A stretch of 64,000 nucleotides of DNA, taken from NCBI RefSeq assembly GCF_036321535.1, contig NC_087437.1, positions 77,502,001-77,566,000 on the forward strand, in the 5' to 3' direction. Source of the DNA: Camelus dromedarius. Its lineage: Eukaryota. The notes below the pieces were generated by a model. That model ran no database searches, was not told where the DNA came from, and saw only the letters and a list, made by a program, of their open reading frames with translations. A program made the translations under genes and the position numbers. Shown piece after piece: positions 1 through 12,764 of the stretch (positions within the stretch are counted from its first letter, which is position 1; every line of letters starts with the position of its first letter).

Positions 1-879
1 TTTCTCCTTTTCCTGAACCTGGTTTAGCTCTTAAGAGCTGGACACCGATGTATGCCAAAGTATACTTTGTGTTACATTGCTGGCACTTGTGGTAGACTTG
101 TCACTTCAGTTGGAATTTGGATTCCTTTGGCAAAGATCATTTATTTTTGGTACCGCCTTCAGTTGTGCTAGGCCCATATTTTGGTGCTCAGTAAACTTGA
201 TGATTGATTGAACTGAATAAAGAGGTGATGATTCAAAATCCAGATTTGTTTCTTAAAAGAACTTAGCTTGACAGTAGGTGAGCAGCCCATGTACATAAAC
301 ACATAATGTAGAATTTAGTTTATGCACCATTTATTCCTGTAGTTACTTCTGAAAGACACTTTTTGCTTCTCTCTCTCTCTTTTTTTTTTTTGTAGAATAC
401 TTTCTAGAGTGCTTTTATTTTATTTATTTATTTATTTAATGTGTTTTTTTAACACGGGCAATAATGAATAGTATTTGTAAGAATTTCATTAATGCACTTG
501 GAATCTTAGGTGGACCTCAGAGCCTAACATAGGAAAATTAAGCTTTTGAAGAAAGAAAAGTTTAAGTGCAGAATACGAAGACTGGGCAAACCTGTTCAGT
601 AGTTGTCAAAATGTTTTAGATTAAATTAATGGACAAGTTTGCTTCAAGTGGCTTTGGGGCAGTCAGCTTGCTCTTATTTTCAGTTTAGCAAAGTGGAAAC
701 CAAGACTAAGTCAGATGACACCATGCGACCTTTGTACTTTTCAGTGGAACTGATAAAAGTTATCATTGATATTCCATTGTAATTGAAATTCAGTAACAGC
801 TTTTCTTGCGGTTTTTGCTTATCATCCTTTGAATGGGGTCCACTCGTTCATTTATCTCTCCTTTCACTACTACACTCAG

Positions 880-1570
880 AGGGAACAAAGACATTGTTAT
901 CATTCAATAAGTAAATAGGTGCCTACAGGTGTATAAGTCACTCTCCCTAGATTTAAAGCTCAGTCTGCCCTGAAGAAGTTATCAAATCAGGGAAATAATG
1001 TAGGTATACAAGAGACATTATGATTTTGCCTAGAAGGGTGCTGGAAGTGCTTTGAAAGAAGTATGAAGAACTCCTAGGAAGGGAGAGATTCGTTATGCCA
1101 GGCTGGTCCTGATCGTGGAGAGTTTTGTGGAGAGCATTTGATTTTTAGCCCCAGAAACAGATGGGATATTAGTGGACAGAGGGTGGGAGATGGAGGGACT
1201 GGACTCTGCAAGGCACAAGGACAGCAGAAACAAGGTCTGTGGTGGTGGTGTGGGGAGGGATAGAAATTTGGCTCTGAGATAGGTGATACCAAATCTTGGA
1301 GGTGCCTGAATCTTAGACTAGGGAATATGTCTCATATTCATTAGGATGTGAGGTGTAACTGAAGAGCAGTGACATTACCAGAGGTATGTTTATGAAGATT
1401 TGACACCACTGGGCAGGATATTTTGGAGTTTGATGAAATTGGTCTTTGGAACATTTGTGAAGACTGTTGTGGTATTACCAGTGAGAAGTGGTTGAAGCCT
1501 CCGTCTATGATAGTGGCAGTGAGAATGGGAAAGAAGGAATGAGCACAAGAGTGCTTTCTGATGAATCAGT
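880..1570. mobile_element. Degenerate L2 LINE fragment
   Basis: Begins near cattcaataagtaaat, followed by the purine-rich text typical of L2 3' regions. Recognised by eye only. Confidence 0.5.
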
Positions 1571-3089
1571 GAAACTTGGGGCCACATCTATTTATGCTGC
1601 CATGAATCTATTTAGATATTTTTTTCAGCATGTATACTATTCTCCTCCATTGTGGCCAGTGGTAGAAGATACTTCATCGATTAAAAAATTTTACTTATAG
1701 CATCAAAGTTTATTTATTCTCATGAAGAGTAACTTAGATCAGATTTGTTACAAAATTTAAATCAAGTTAAATACACTACTTTGCATAAAACAAAACAGAA
1801 TGAAACCAACAGTTTACTTAACCTCTGTGATGTTTGTTAATTGATTTAAGTATGTTGACAAATCCTCATATTTGTGTTCTATCTTGTAAGTTTTATTTTT
1901 CATCGTTATATTTTTCTTATTATCTTTGATGAACATCTAAACATAAAGCACATAAAAGCTTTGGTTGGGAGAATTTAATCCTATCCAAAATCCTATTCTG
2001 ATTTTGAGTCTCAATCCTTGATTTCTTAGATTCTGAGACATGAGTATTTGAGCCTAAAAGCCGGATTATCTTTTTTTCCATTTTCATTAGAGAGAATTAA
2101 AAAAAAAAAAAATCAAAGTGTTTAACTGAACTGCATTTTAAGCCAAACTGCATTTAAGTTTCAATACCGTCAATCACCTTATCCTATCTATTCTGAGATC
2201 TTTCTTCATGGGAGAGTCTAGTAGGCTTTGCAGGCAGCATATAAGACAGATTTTATTTACTAAAATTTTGCCATTGATGGGAAGGAGGAGAAAAGCAGAT
2301 TGTCCAGGGGTAGGGAAGACAAGCAGTCACAGTTTTCTCAAAGTAGTTGAGTGATACCCAACTTGGAGTTCTTGTTATTGAACTGGTTTGGTAGAGGCTT
2401 ACCAGTTATCTCCCAATACTAGTTCTCTGTGTGCGACTGCTATATGTGCCTCAGATGTGAGTCTTTCTTTACAAAAGTATGATTGTCTCCTATTTCTGTG
2501 ATCAAATGTAAATACAATCTTGGTTTTGGCCCTTGGGGACATAATCTTGCAGACCTTGAAAGACAAATTTGTAATTGTAATTTTGACTAATATTTTCATA
2601 GTCAAAAATGTTAATATTTGGGAGGAGGAGATGGCTTTTAATAAGCCTACCTTGTATTTAGTAAAAACTAGAGTAATCAGTAGATATTATCTGCAGAGTG
2701 GGTTTTCTTTTCGTCTCATAACTGTCAATATCAATATTTAAAAATATTCCCCTGCATGAAAGAAGCCAATAGAGATAAGCCCCAAGACACCTGTGCTGGA
2801 TTTTGTTTGATCTAATTAATTTGATTTTTTACCATTTTACGTTTGTATTTGTCACTTAGAAAGACTGTGTTTTTAATATAGTGAAATATTCTCCAGTTTT
2901 TTCTTAGTCATTTTGCCATCCTTCTTCCTTCCAGAGAAAATGATCTTCCATTGTTTCCTTGAATTTGCTGAGTTAGTTGCATTTTACCCACTTAAAAATA
3001 TTATTTTGGTTGGTTAATTTTAATAGGATTTGAAATATCACTGTAGAATTCATATACTACTTTATTCTTTGCTTCATCCTTTACAGTGC

Positions 3090-3240
3090 AATTTTTCATT
3101 TAATTCTCTCAGTATCTCTGAGATATAAATGGGCTTGCTTACTCTGTTTACATTTTATAGATAAGGAAATTAATAGACTTGTCAGTTTAAGTGACCTGCC
3201 TAAGATGACCAAGTTGAAATTAGAAATTAGGACTCTGAAA
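3090..3240 (-). mobile_element. MIR SINE fragment
   Basis: MIR core: cattttatagataaggaaatt...ttaagtgacctgcctaagatgacc. Confidence 0.65.
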
Positions 3241-4134
3241 TTAACACATTGATTTTATTTAAACCAGTAGTCAAGGAGAAGCTTAGAAGTATCCTACATA
3301 AAATTTTTATGGAAATAAGAGGAACAAGGAATGAATCTCAGAGCTTTGGTAGATTTCAAATCTTAAACGTAATCTATAAAATCCTCCCAATTCTCTCTCT
3401 TATTATCCCTCTAGCTTCATCTTGCACAAGATTTCCCTTGTTTCTTTGCTGTGTCCACACTGATCCTTCTTTTCCAGTCCCTTGGAATTGCTCTGTTCCC
3501 TTTTACCGCAGTGCTCATATCTGCCTGGACCTGTCATTTCTTCCTTTCAGTATCAATAACTCCTATTTATTCCTCAGATCTGATCTTCAGCAAAGATGTT
3601 CCAGACTTCACTAGGTCAAATTCCTTTGACTAGTCCTTGGTACGGTTGCAGTGTTAGTTTAATTTGCCTGTTGGTTTGACTCCGGTCTTTCTTACACTGA
3701 CCTGTCAGTTCTTTGAAGACTGTGGTATGTCTAGGTCTGTTTTTATTTACTTTTGTACCCTGCAGTGACTAGCATAGATACTGAGACAAATGTGTGCTCA
3801 GTATTTGTTGGACGATTGGATGGGTTGATGAAATTATCTTTGCTAAAATTTCCACCATGATCTTTTAACGTTTATAGTTGATGAGTCATCTTTGTCAGTT
3901 TCTGCACTTAACTTATTTTCCTCTTTTACTCTGTGTGCCACTAGCAGCAAAGCAATAGTGTTAGTATTACTGGTAGGCTTGTCATTGGAGGGTAAGTGAA
4001 AACAAACAGACAAGCTTAAGTAAGCGGAATGGAAGAAAGGGAGGGAAACCAAGTAGAAAAGACAGAGGAAGTGATTTTCACAAAGTTACAGAATTTCAGA
4101 GCTAGATAGAAATTGGAATTTATCTAGGCAAGTC

Positions 4135-4330
4135 TTTTTTTTTTTTTTCCTGATTTTTATTTTGAAACTTTACCTAGTCTCCCCCAATGTTAGCATTTTG
4201 CCTAGCTGTAGCACATCAATAGCAGGAAATTTCTATTAGCATTGTCCACTGAGCTCTTTCAGATTTCTCCAGTTATGCACACTCAAGTTTGTGTGTGTGT
4301 ACGTGTGTATGGTTGTGCACATGTGCACAG
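4135..4330 (-). mobile_element. Old L1M 3'-end fragment, apparently interrupting a MIR
   Basis: Poly-T, then tttattttgaaac...cccccaatgttagcatttt. MIR-like text on both sides (agaatttcagagctag upstream; cttgctcaaggtcac downstream). Confidence 0.5.
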
Positions 4331-6264
4331 GTCAATCATTTTTAACATGAGAAAATAGTAGTTTATAGACTTCCTTCAGCAACTTGCTCAAGGTCACCAG
4401 GCCATAAGACAAAATAATCAATTCTTAAATTCCATGTTGCTATCTGTTCACCAGCCCTGAGTTCTGTTATAGAACTTCTGCAAGTATCAGGATTGTTCAT
4501 TAGCATTAGTGCCAGAATTTGACTAATCTTCCCATATTGAAAGATATTAACTATGCCTCTTAGCCAACTATGTTCATACAGACCGAAAACATTTAGTTTT
4601 CAACCTGGATCTATGTCAGAAATTGGAATTAAAGCCCCACTTTTGTTTTTGCCCAGCAGGGATCCTCTAATACTCAGCGAAAGGCCTAATTAAAGTTTCC
4701 TGAAACTACTCTTTAATCACTTGGATTAGTATAAAAAAGAAATGTTTTTAATCACATACATATCTGCTAATGCTTTTCTTCTGGTAACTAATTGCCTTGA
4801 TAATATAAAGTAATAATAAAAATGGAGGCTTAATGGATTTTAAACATGTGGTTTTTGAACTATATATATATTATAGAATATATATACTTAGTGCATTAAA
4901 CAGTATTTTAAACTTACACCTATGAAGTGCTTAAGGTTTAAAATTGATCAGTGGGCAACCTCAGTGTTTCCTGGAAGTACCAAGTGTTTAATCCTAACAA
5001 GAAGTATAAAGTAATTAATATGACTTTGATTTAGTATTGGAATCTAAAATCAAATTTCTTCCTGTGTTGCAAGCAATTCTGTTTAGCCCTTTCTACATTT
5101 TGTGATTATAGAAAAAATGGTTTATAACTATGGATTATCTTCTCAAACTGGAATATCTTTAATTGGGGTGGTTAAATTTCTAGCATTTGACATGTTGGAC
5201 AGAGGGTTTACGCTTACCCTGATTTTCAGTTTCGAGATTTAGAAATAAAGTTTCACTTGGTTTAGTTATTTTCTCCCCTAAGTTCAAGTTATACCTGTAC
5301 AGTAGCTTCTAATTTCACTAAAGTAGGCTTGTTGGTAGCTTACAGAATACAGCTTGTCTTTTTAAATGTGTGATTCTTAAGAATTTAAAATAAAAATATT
5401 AAACTGCCTTAAATAAATTTGATTCAAAAATAATTCTGGATGTTTTAATTAAAAGTCTTACTTTTTTAAGAGACAAAAATTTAAGATTTGGGGCTAAGAC
5501 ACTTTAATTTTAGTAATAAAATAGAGAATGCTGTAGTGGATATAATTAGAAATGCAAACTAAATCATTAATTTCATTGAATAAAAATGAGGGAAAAACAC
5601 TTCCCAATGGAAAATAGATTGGCACTATTTCCAGGCAATCATTTTAAATAGACATAAAGCCATAACAAAATGAGTTTCACTTAATTTGTAGAGCTCCCAG
5701 CAAGACTTAAAGCACGTTTCTGGGTGTACTCTTTCTGTATTTGGTGGAGTTTCTTCTTGAGGTCAATGAGGAGTTTTGAAAGTTTCTTTTGTCTTCTAAT
5801 ATTTACAAACACGTGTTTCTTTAGGAATTTTAGATTTGCTATTTTTTTTGTTCAGCTAGCTTCTTCTTAGTTACTAGATAGTGCTGATTCCCTGTTTCTG
5901 AATGTCCCATCCTCATTTTTAACTGAATCTTTTCCTTTCAGAAGCATGACAGTGGGACGTTAAAATCACATGTGGCTTACCATTGCTTTATTGTTTTGCT
6001 ACCAACCATTAAACAGTGTATGTGACCTTTGCCCCACGTGAGCCGTCATCTGTTTGAGAAAGCAGTTAACTAACCAGGATTTGCAAAGGAAAACAATAAG
6101 AACACTGTTTGGCAGTTTGCTGGGTCGGCCTGGGATTTGTACGCATTCCTATCTCCCAGTCGTTGGTTTGATGACTCTAATAATCGTAAATAAGCACAAG
6201 CATAAAGCAGACCTTTTATTAGATATAGTGGAATGTAAAAAAAATTCAAGACAGTGTGAGGTTG

Positions 6265-6540
6265 TTATTATTATTTCTGTATTGACTGTGCTTTATAAGG
6301 TTCACAGCAAAAATGAGGCGAAGGTACAGAACTTTCCCATATACTCCCTGTCTTGACACAAGCATAGCCTCCTGCATTATCACCATCTCCCGCCAGGGTG
6401 GCAAGTTTGTTATGACTGATAAACCTAAGTTGATAGAGCGTAATCAGCCAGAGTTCATAGTTCACGTTATATAGTTCAGTCTCAGTGTTGTACATTCTTT
6501 CGGTTTGGACACGTGTATGATGACATGTACCCATTATTAA
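6265..6540 (-). mobile_element. L1MC-type LINE 3'-end fragment
   Basis: aggttcacagcaaaaatgag...ttcccatatactccctg...ttgtacattctttcggtttggacac resembles the L1MC1/2 3' UTR. Minus ORF 6271..6534 is its by-product. Confidence 0.75.
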
Positions 6541-9149
6541 GTCAAATGATTACTGATACCAATGATATTTTTCAAGTAATGATACTCCATTCATGTCATT
6601 CAGTTGGACAATTTTAATAATCTCCTATGATTGAACTCAAGTTTTATATATATTTGTTTTCTGAGCTCTTTGCAGATGGAGTATTGTTGCTTTTGTAGTT
6701 CTTTAAAAAAAAAATCTCTGATTTTACTGTAACAAAGTCAAGTATAATAAAACCAAAGTAATTTTTTTATTTGTCTGTCTGTTTTGATATGACTCTCCTT
6801 TCTTTTATCCATGTGTCTTTCTGTACATTCACTACTGTATCACTGTTGCCCAGGAGTGTGCTGGACAGATAGCCAAACTCAATAAGTGTTTGATGAGTAA
6901 ATGAATGAATGAATCCATTTAATGGTGGGTTATTTTGTGTTGTCATTTAAGCAACTGGCAGATAGCATTGATTCTGATCTTATAATCTAAAAGCTACAAT
7001 TATGTTTTCTATTACTTAGTTTTAGGAATTTTTCTTAGTTTACTTTCAGTTATCCTAGTATTTGAATTTAGTTTAGTCTTGGATTTGTCCTAAAGTGATT
7101 TTTTAAATTGTCACTGGAAAGCTTTTGTATTAATAGTTACCAGTTTCTATAAAGAAAATAAAACCAACTAAACAACAACAAATAATAATAATGATTTGAT
7201 TTTTGGAAGTGTTAGAAATGAGTAACATCTACTAATGCTATTCTCATCTTTAAAGTACTTTAAATTGAATGTGTTATTGCTGGTGGTTTGAAGACTGTGA
7301 TCCAAATGATAGATTCTGTTTCTCTAAGAACAGCTAGTATGTATCTACTATGCACAAAGCGTTTGGGGAGAAACAAAAGAAATAGGAATTATGATTCTTT
7401 CATGACACTTAGGAGTATAGTTGGATAAATCCAGTACAATGACACAAAAAAGTCAATGGTAAGAAACCGATGAAAAGTTTAGATTATGAAAACACAGAGG
7501 TTGCCCCAATGGTATCTGTGGTGAATGGATGATTACTTGGACAGTTTTGCCACTAAAATAGACTGTAAAACACATGCACATACAGATCCTTAGAGAAACA
7601 AGTATTTCTAAAGCATGTGGGACAGAGATCAGGCACGACATGAAGTTTGAGATAGGGAAAATAAAGTTAGTCATTTCACTGAGTTTGTATAGTTTTTATG
7701 TTAAGGTAATGCTGTTTAAGACAAGTTGGGGGAGGGTTCTTAAGTATTTAAAAAAACATTTTAGGTAAAAATTCTAATAATTTTTGTAGAAGGATGGGAA
7801 ATTAATTTTTTTTCTTTTGAAATTTATGTGGAAAACCCTTTCCTATTGGTTTTAGAAGGAAGGCTCACTGAGAGAGAGATTTCAGTACTGAAACCTGAGT
7901 AGCCCAGCTGGCCAGGCAGACCAAGGATCAGCACTATCTTTTGGGAAAAGTTTTGTAAACGTAGATTCCTTCTTGGGGACATGTTTTCTGATTTTATTAC
8001 ATGAAACAGTGACACATTTATTACACACACAGCGATAGCATAATGAATGAGTACTGACTGAGGTATTTTGAGATTCCCAGTCTAGTCCTGGTTATGCTTC
8101 CAGCCAGTTGTGTGATGTCAAGCAAGTTTCCTGGGCCTTTTTGCTTATCTGTGAATTCCTAAAGTTAGACCACATGCTCTTTAAAGTTCTTTCCAGCTCA
8201 GTATTGATGTGTTAAGAGTCTACTTCAAAAGCAATTATTCTGAATAATCTTTGTATTAAATATTTAGTTCACTATTTGTTAAATTCATTGTTGTAGTTAG
8301 ACAGTGAGTAAGCTTAAAAGAATCTAGATTTGTGTTTCTCAGTAGCTCAACAAAAGTAGCTTAGTAATTCATATGGTTCCACTTTTAGGTTTGTAATGAA
8401 AATGAGTTGCTTCAAAAAAGGTGTTTTTTTTTTTTAAATTGAAAGTTAACAGTGAATATTTTACACAAATCCATAGCTAGAATTGGCTTTATTTATGCTT
8501 CTTTAATTCTGGTAAATTAAAATTTAGTTTCCAAACATTTCTATATTATTGATCTATATTTTAACAGTTTTCAACATTTTTTTCCTGCATTTCTTTTTTT
8601 TTTTTGAAATTTCTACCCATTCATTTTTAACTTAAAAATACCCTGGTTTAACATGTACTGTTTTCCTGTGGTGTATCTTTTTTTTTCTTTTTTTTTTTGA
8701 AGAGGGTTGTTGCTTTTCAACTAGCTATTGGGCAACGCTTAGTGAGGGGTTTAAGGCTCATCGTATCTTCGTGACCTTTAAAAAGAATATCTGCTTGCTG
8801 ATAAAAGATAGGGATCTCAGACTTACCATCTCTGCCTTTTATGAGATGTTTTAATGTGTCAGTTCATTAGACCATATGGATAAAGTAACAAGATCTACTT
8901 TTGCTTTGAAGTGGAGTTGTTCTGTATTTGAGAATATAGGTAGCTTTCCTTGGAGGACTGTGTTCATTGTCCTAAAATTTCATTTGTGTGGTAAAGATGG
9001 TTATGTCTATTGAAACCTTTCCAGGCAAAAGATGTCTGTCTACCTGAGTAGATAGGTAATTCAGTTATTCAACACATCTTATATATAATGCCCTGTTAAA
9101 GTAAGAATTGAAAATCTCTTTGAATTTCTTGAGTTTTTAAAACCAGAAA

Positions 9150-10110
9150 TTCCATTCACGTTATTCTTTATTTAGCAAACATTTATCCTCTTGAGTGCCT
9201 GCTACGTGCAGATCATGAGAACAGGTACTGTGGGCACATAGTGATCAACATGACCTGCTTCCTCTCCTTAATAATCTTTTTATATTTTTTTTTCCTTTTA
9301 CTCCCTCTGTCTCTCCCTTCCTTCCAGCCTCCCTTCCTCCCTCCCTCCCTTTCATTTTTTTTTTTTTTTAAAGAATCACAGCAGAGGAGATGGATATGTG
9401 ATAAAATTCAAGGGAATGAAAACTCTAAGTGCTGCACTGTTTATGCTGGCAAAGTGGTGTGGGTCTGTAGAGTGCAGAGTGATTCACTGCAGCTTCGGGG
9501 ACTGGAGACAGCTTCACTAAGGGGCGAGTGGGATTTGGATAAGCACCCTTGTGAGGGAGGGGTCTTGCAGTCTGAAGCAACAGGGCGTGTAAAGATAAGG
9601 GGTTCTGAGTGTGCCTGGTGTTCCCGGGAATTCTAAGTGCAGTGCAAGTATAAAAAGTCAGTCAGATACTTTAAGAAGAGATGCAATGAAAAATGTGGCT
9701 GGGATTGTCAGTTCAGGCTAGAGAGAATGAATGCCATGTTTGGAAATGTGGACTTTATATAAAAATTAGGGTACCACTGACATTTATTTCAGGAGGTAAA
9801 TGAAGTGCTCAGACCTGTGCTTTAGAAAAATAATCATAGGGAAAGTATGCAAATATTTCAGAGGGGATCAATTGGAGGCAGAGGAACCAGGAGGTACATG
9901 GTTATGGACTGGGTAAGAGATGGCGAGGGTCTGACTTCTGAAGAACAGTTATTGTGGTGGTGGATGTGGGAGTTACTGTGTGGTGAGGAAGACCAGCTGA
10001 GGAATGTAGTGTTGGTTATTTTTCTAAGTATTGGTAACCAAGGGTATTAGAGATAGGATACTGTAGAGGGTAGAGGAACAGCTGTTGTACAGTAGAGGAA
10101 TATCTAAGTG
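9150..10110. mobile_element. L2 LINE fragment with internal CT-rich low-complexity tract (about 9285-9370)
   Basis: ttcattcac...tttagcaaacattta...gagtgcctgctacgtgc L2 tail motif followed by purine-rich L2 body. Confidence 0.6.
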
Positions 10111-10121
10111 GATTCAAGGAC

Positions 10122-10290
10122 TTTTTTTTTTTTGAATTGAACTTTTTTTTTTAATTGAAACACAGTCAGTTACAATGTGACAGTTTCTGGTGTACAGCAC
10201 AATGTCCCAGTCATGCATATACATCCATATATTTGTTTTCATTTTTTTTCATTAAAGATTATTACAAGATGTTGAACATAGTTCCCTGTG
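10122..10290 (-). mobile_element. Younger L1 3'-UTR fragment, heavily 5'-truncated
   Basis: Poly-T then ttgaaacacagtcagttacaatg...ctggtgtacagcacaatg...gttccctgtg. Visibly homologous to the 3' UTR of the L1 at 21008 and the copies at 32574, 42247 and 51939. Confidence 0.85.
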
Positions 10291-10365
10291 GGAGACAGAA
10301 ACTAAAGAAAAATGGAAACAAAGCACTAGATACAACAAAAAGTGGGAGCAGATGAGCTCAAAGGA

Positions 10366-10812
10366 CAACACTGTCAATTGAAACACAATGCAAGGCACCT
10401 GAAATTTTTTTTTTTTAACTTTTTTTCTTTTTTCTTTTTGGCTGGGGGAGGGTTTACCTGTTTATTTTTAGAGGAAGTGCTGGGGATTGAGCCCAGGCCC
10501 TTGCACTCTAGCTCTTGTGCTGTATCCTCCCCGTCAAGGCACTTACAGTTTTAAATGGTCTAATAGCAGTACTTTTAAAAGTAAAAGGAAGCAGATGAAG
10601 TTAATTTAAAATTTACATTTTGTTTAACATAAAATGTTATTTCAACATGTAATCAATGTAACAAATTCTTAATATTTTACATTTTTTATACAAATTCTTG
10701 GAAATCCAGTGTGTACATAGTTGCACTTATAGCAGATCTCGGTTTAGACTAATGACATTTGAAGCACTGAATAGCACAGGCACCTCGTGCCTGCCCCTAT
10801 ACCACAGTGAAG
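10366..10812 (+). mobile_element. MER33-like hAT-Charlie DNA transposon, split by a SINE
   Basis: caacactgtcaattgaaacacaatgc...aaaagtaaaaggaagcagatgaagttaattt...tttcaacatgtaatcaat...gaaatccagtgtgt...catttgaagcactgaatagc follows the MER33 consensus as recalled. Confidence 0.75.
10405..10533 (-). mobile_element. tRNA-derived SINE (camelid-type)
   Basis: T-rich tail, ggaagtgctggggattgagcccagg (reverse B-box). Flanked by direct repeat caaggcac at 10391-10398 and 10535-10542. Homologous to the copy at 34151. Confidence 0.85.
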
Positions 10813-12499
10813 GTTTAGGAAGTCATTTTTTTTCAAGTCTTCTATGATTTATACATATTAACAATGCTGGAGGCAGGGGCTTTAAGTGTGCAGTCAGTGT
10901 GCTATGTGAGAACTGCTAATTTTTAATTAATAATTAATTTAGTGGAATAAAGTTTAACTTAAGAGAGAAAAACACAAGTTCTTGAATGAATCGAAGGAAC
11001 TTCCAGCATTAACCTAGGAACTACTCTTGTAATTGACTGTCTTGCTAGTTCCAGTGACTGTTCCTAGGTTCAATTATCTTTAAGCGAGCAATACATTTTT
11101 GAGGGGAAAACGTAACTTTAATAAAGAGTGTAATGAAAAAATAAGTTAAAAAAAAGTACCTCAAGGGGTAAAACATAATAAAATTTAAGTTTACTCCTTT
11201 ATCTTTAAGAATATATACCCAGCTTTATTTGTCACGTGAATCAACTTCAGATTATTTGAATTTTGTATTCCACTAAGAATGCAGTGCTTCCTCCCTCTCT
11301 ACTCCCCCACCCCCAACCTGTTGGAATAACAACAAATAATGAAGATTAGCACTTTAAAGGATTCCAGGACACAGCTGAGGAAGGCCCAGTTGAGCCACAA
11401 CTTAGCTATATGACCCACCTGACTTTCAGCCCAGGAAGATGGCGGGCGTGCTCCTTTTTACTGAGCTTTGGGAATCATGAGGAGGTGGTTCAGTCCCTGA
11501 AAATCAGTTCTGAGTGTCCGTGATACCCTTGCCACCTTGAAAGAAGCTGTGTTTGATAGCAAATAGTGGTTCTGGCCAGGAGTCAGAGACCTACAAACTG
11601 CCATACGAAGGTAACTCGGTGGGGGCTTGAAAAATAAACCTCGTAAATTCAGTTTCTCTCCTGAAATGTTTAGCCTGAAGGCATAAATAGAGGTTCCATA
11701 GTTATTCTACAAATTGTATATTCTAAATCTCTTGGGTAATTATCACAACTAAAAATTATACAACTAGCAAATTACCTGAAATTGCTTGCTCACTGAATAT
11801 CCTCAGTAACCAAAATTTGTACCTAAAATGACTATGCATGAGAGCATTGGCTGGCAGGAAGGCTCTACTGATTTCTCTAATTTAATTTTCATCAACACCA
11901 TAGGTTTAAAGGTAACTTGCCTCAGTATCTAAGCCAGTGAGTTGTCCCAGTCTTTAGAATAAAACCATTAAATTAAACTGGAACGAAATCAAATACTATA
12001 TTAAAATATATACATATATTTATAAATTCCAAGAAAAATACTAACTTCTTTATTCACATGGTAATCCCCTTGCTAACTTCAGTAAATTTTTATCTATTAT
12101 TAAATGCAAATTTTAGTGTCTTCTAAATGTTTTAGAGAGCAAGTAATTTAGTAGTAGAATCCTCTGATACTATGAAATGTCTGAGCTGCTTTATTCAGCT
12201 CGGCTGGTTGCATCCTGGAGTATGACTGAAGGTATGCCTGGACGGAGCCAGCGACCATCTCCCTTGTCCCTTCTTCTGACCTTCTCTCCCAAAACATGGG
12301 AACAAGTGAGTGATTTTTATGGGTGGACTCTTTTGGGATTTGAACATTTTTGTCACCTTTTGGTCCTGGCTGTGAGTCCCTTGGAAACTCCGTGGGACCT
12401 GCATTGGTGGCAGACATTCATGTCTGGATTTTAATTTGGTATTTGACACCTGCACATTGTAGAACTTTCACTTAAGTTTTTGGTTGACAGCTCTGAAGA

Positions 12500-12660
12500 G
12501 AGTGGGTTTCTAACCTCTTTTGGCTGACACACACCTTGAAGAATCTAGTGGAGACCTACAGATTCTTTTTTTCAGAAAGATGTACTTAAGATCATGAACC
12601 GTTTTGCGTAAGGCCAGGGAGGAATCAGTAAGACTCAGACGCAAACTGAGAACTATTTCA
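12500..12660. mobile_element. Possible hAT-Charlie MITE fragment
   Basis: gtgggtttctaacctctttt...ttgaagaatctagtggagacctacagattc...tgagaacta resembles Charlie-family non-autonomous elements. Confidence 0.4.
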
Positions 12661-12731
12661 GCTGGAGGGCATTAGATGTGACAAGGGACACTGTTGCCTG
12701 AAACAGAACCCCCTTTAGGTGACTGTAAATC

Positions 12732-12764
12732 GTGTGTTTGTGTGTGTGTGTTTGTGTTTGTGTG
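12732..12764. repeat. Imperfect (TG)n microsatellite
   Basis: gtgtgtttgtgtgtgtgtgtttgtgtttgtgtg. Confidence 0.8.

Noticed and set aside
5920..5945. Strong-looking splice acceptor cttttcctttcag as a cryptic exon
   Set aside because: No convincing paired donor or Cbl-like coding frame; such motifs are common in long introns.
12148..12455. Three overlapping 85-89 aa ORFs, possible processed pseudogene
   Set aside because: No recognisable protein similarity, poly(A) tail or TSD. A BLASTX search would be needed to reopen this.
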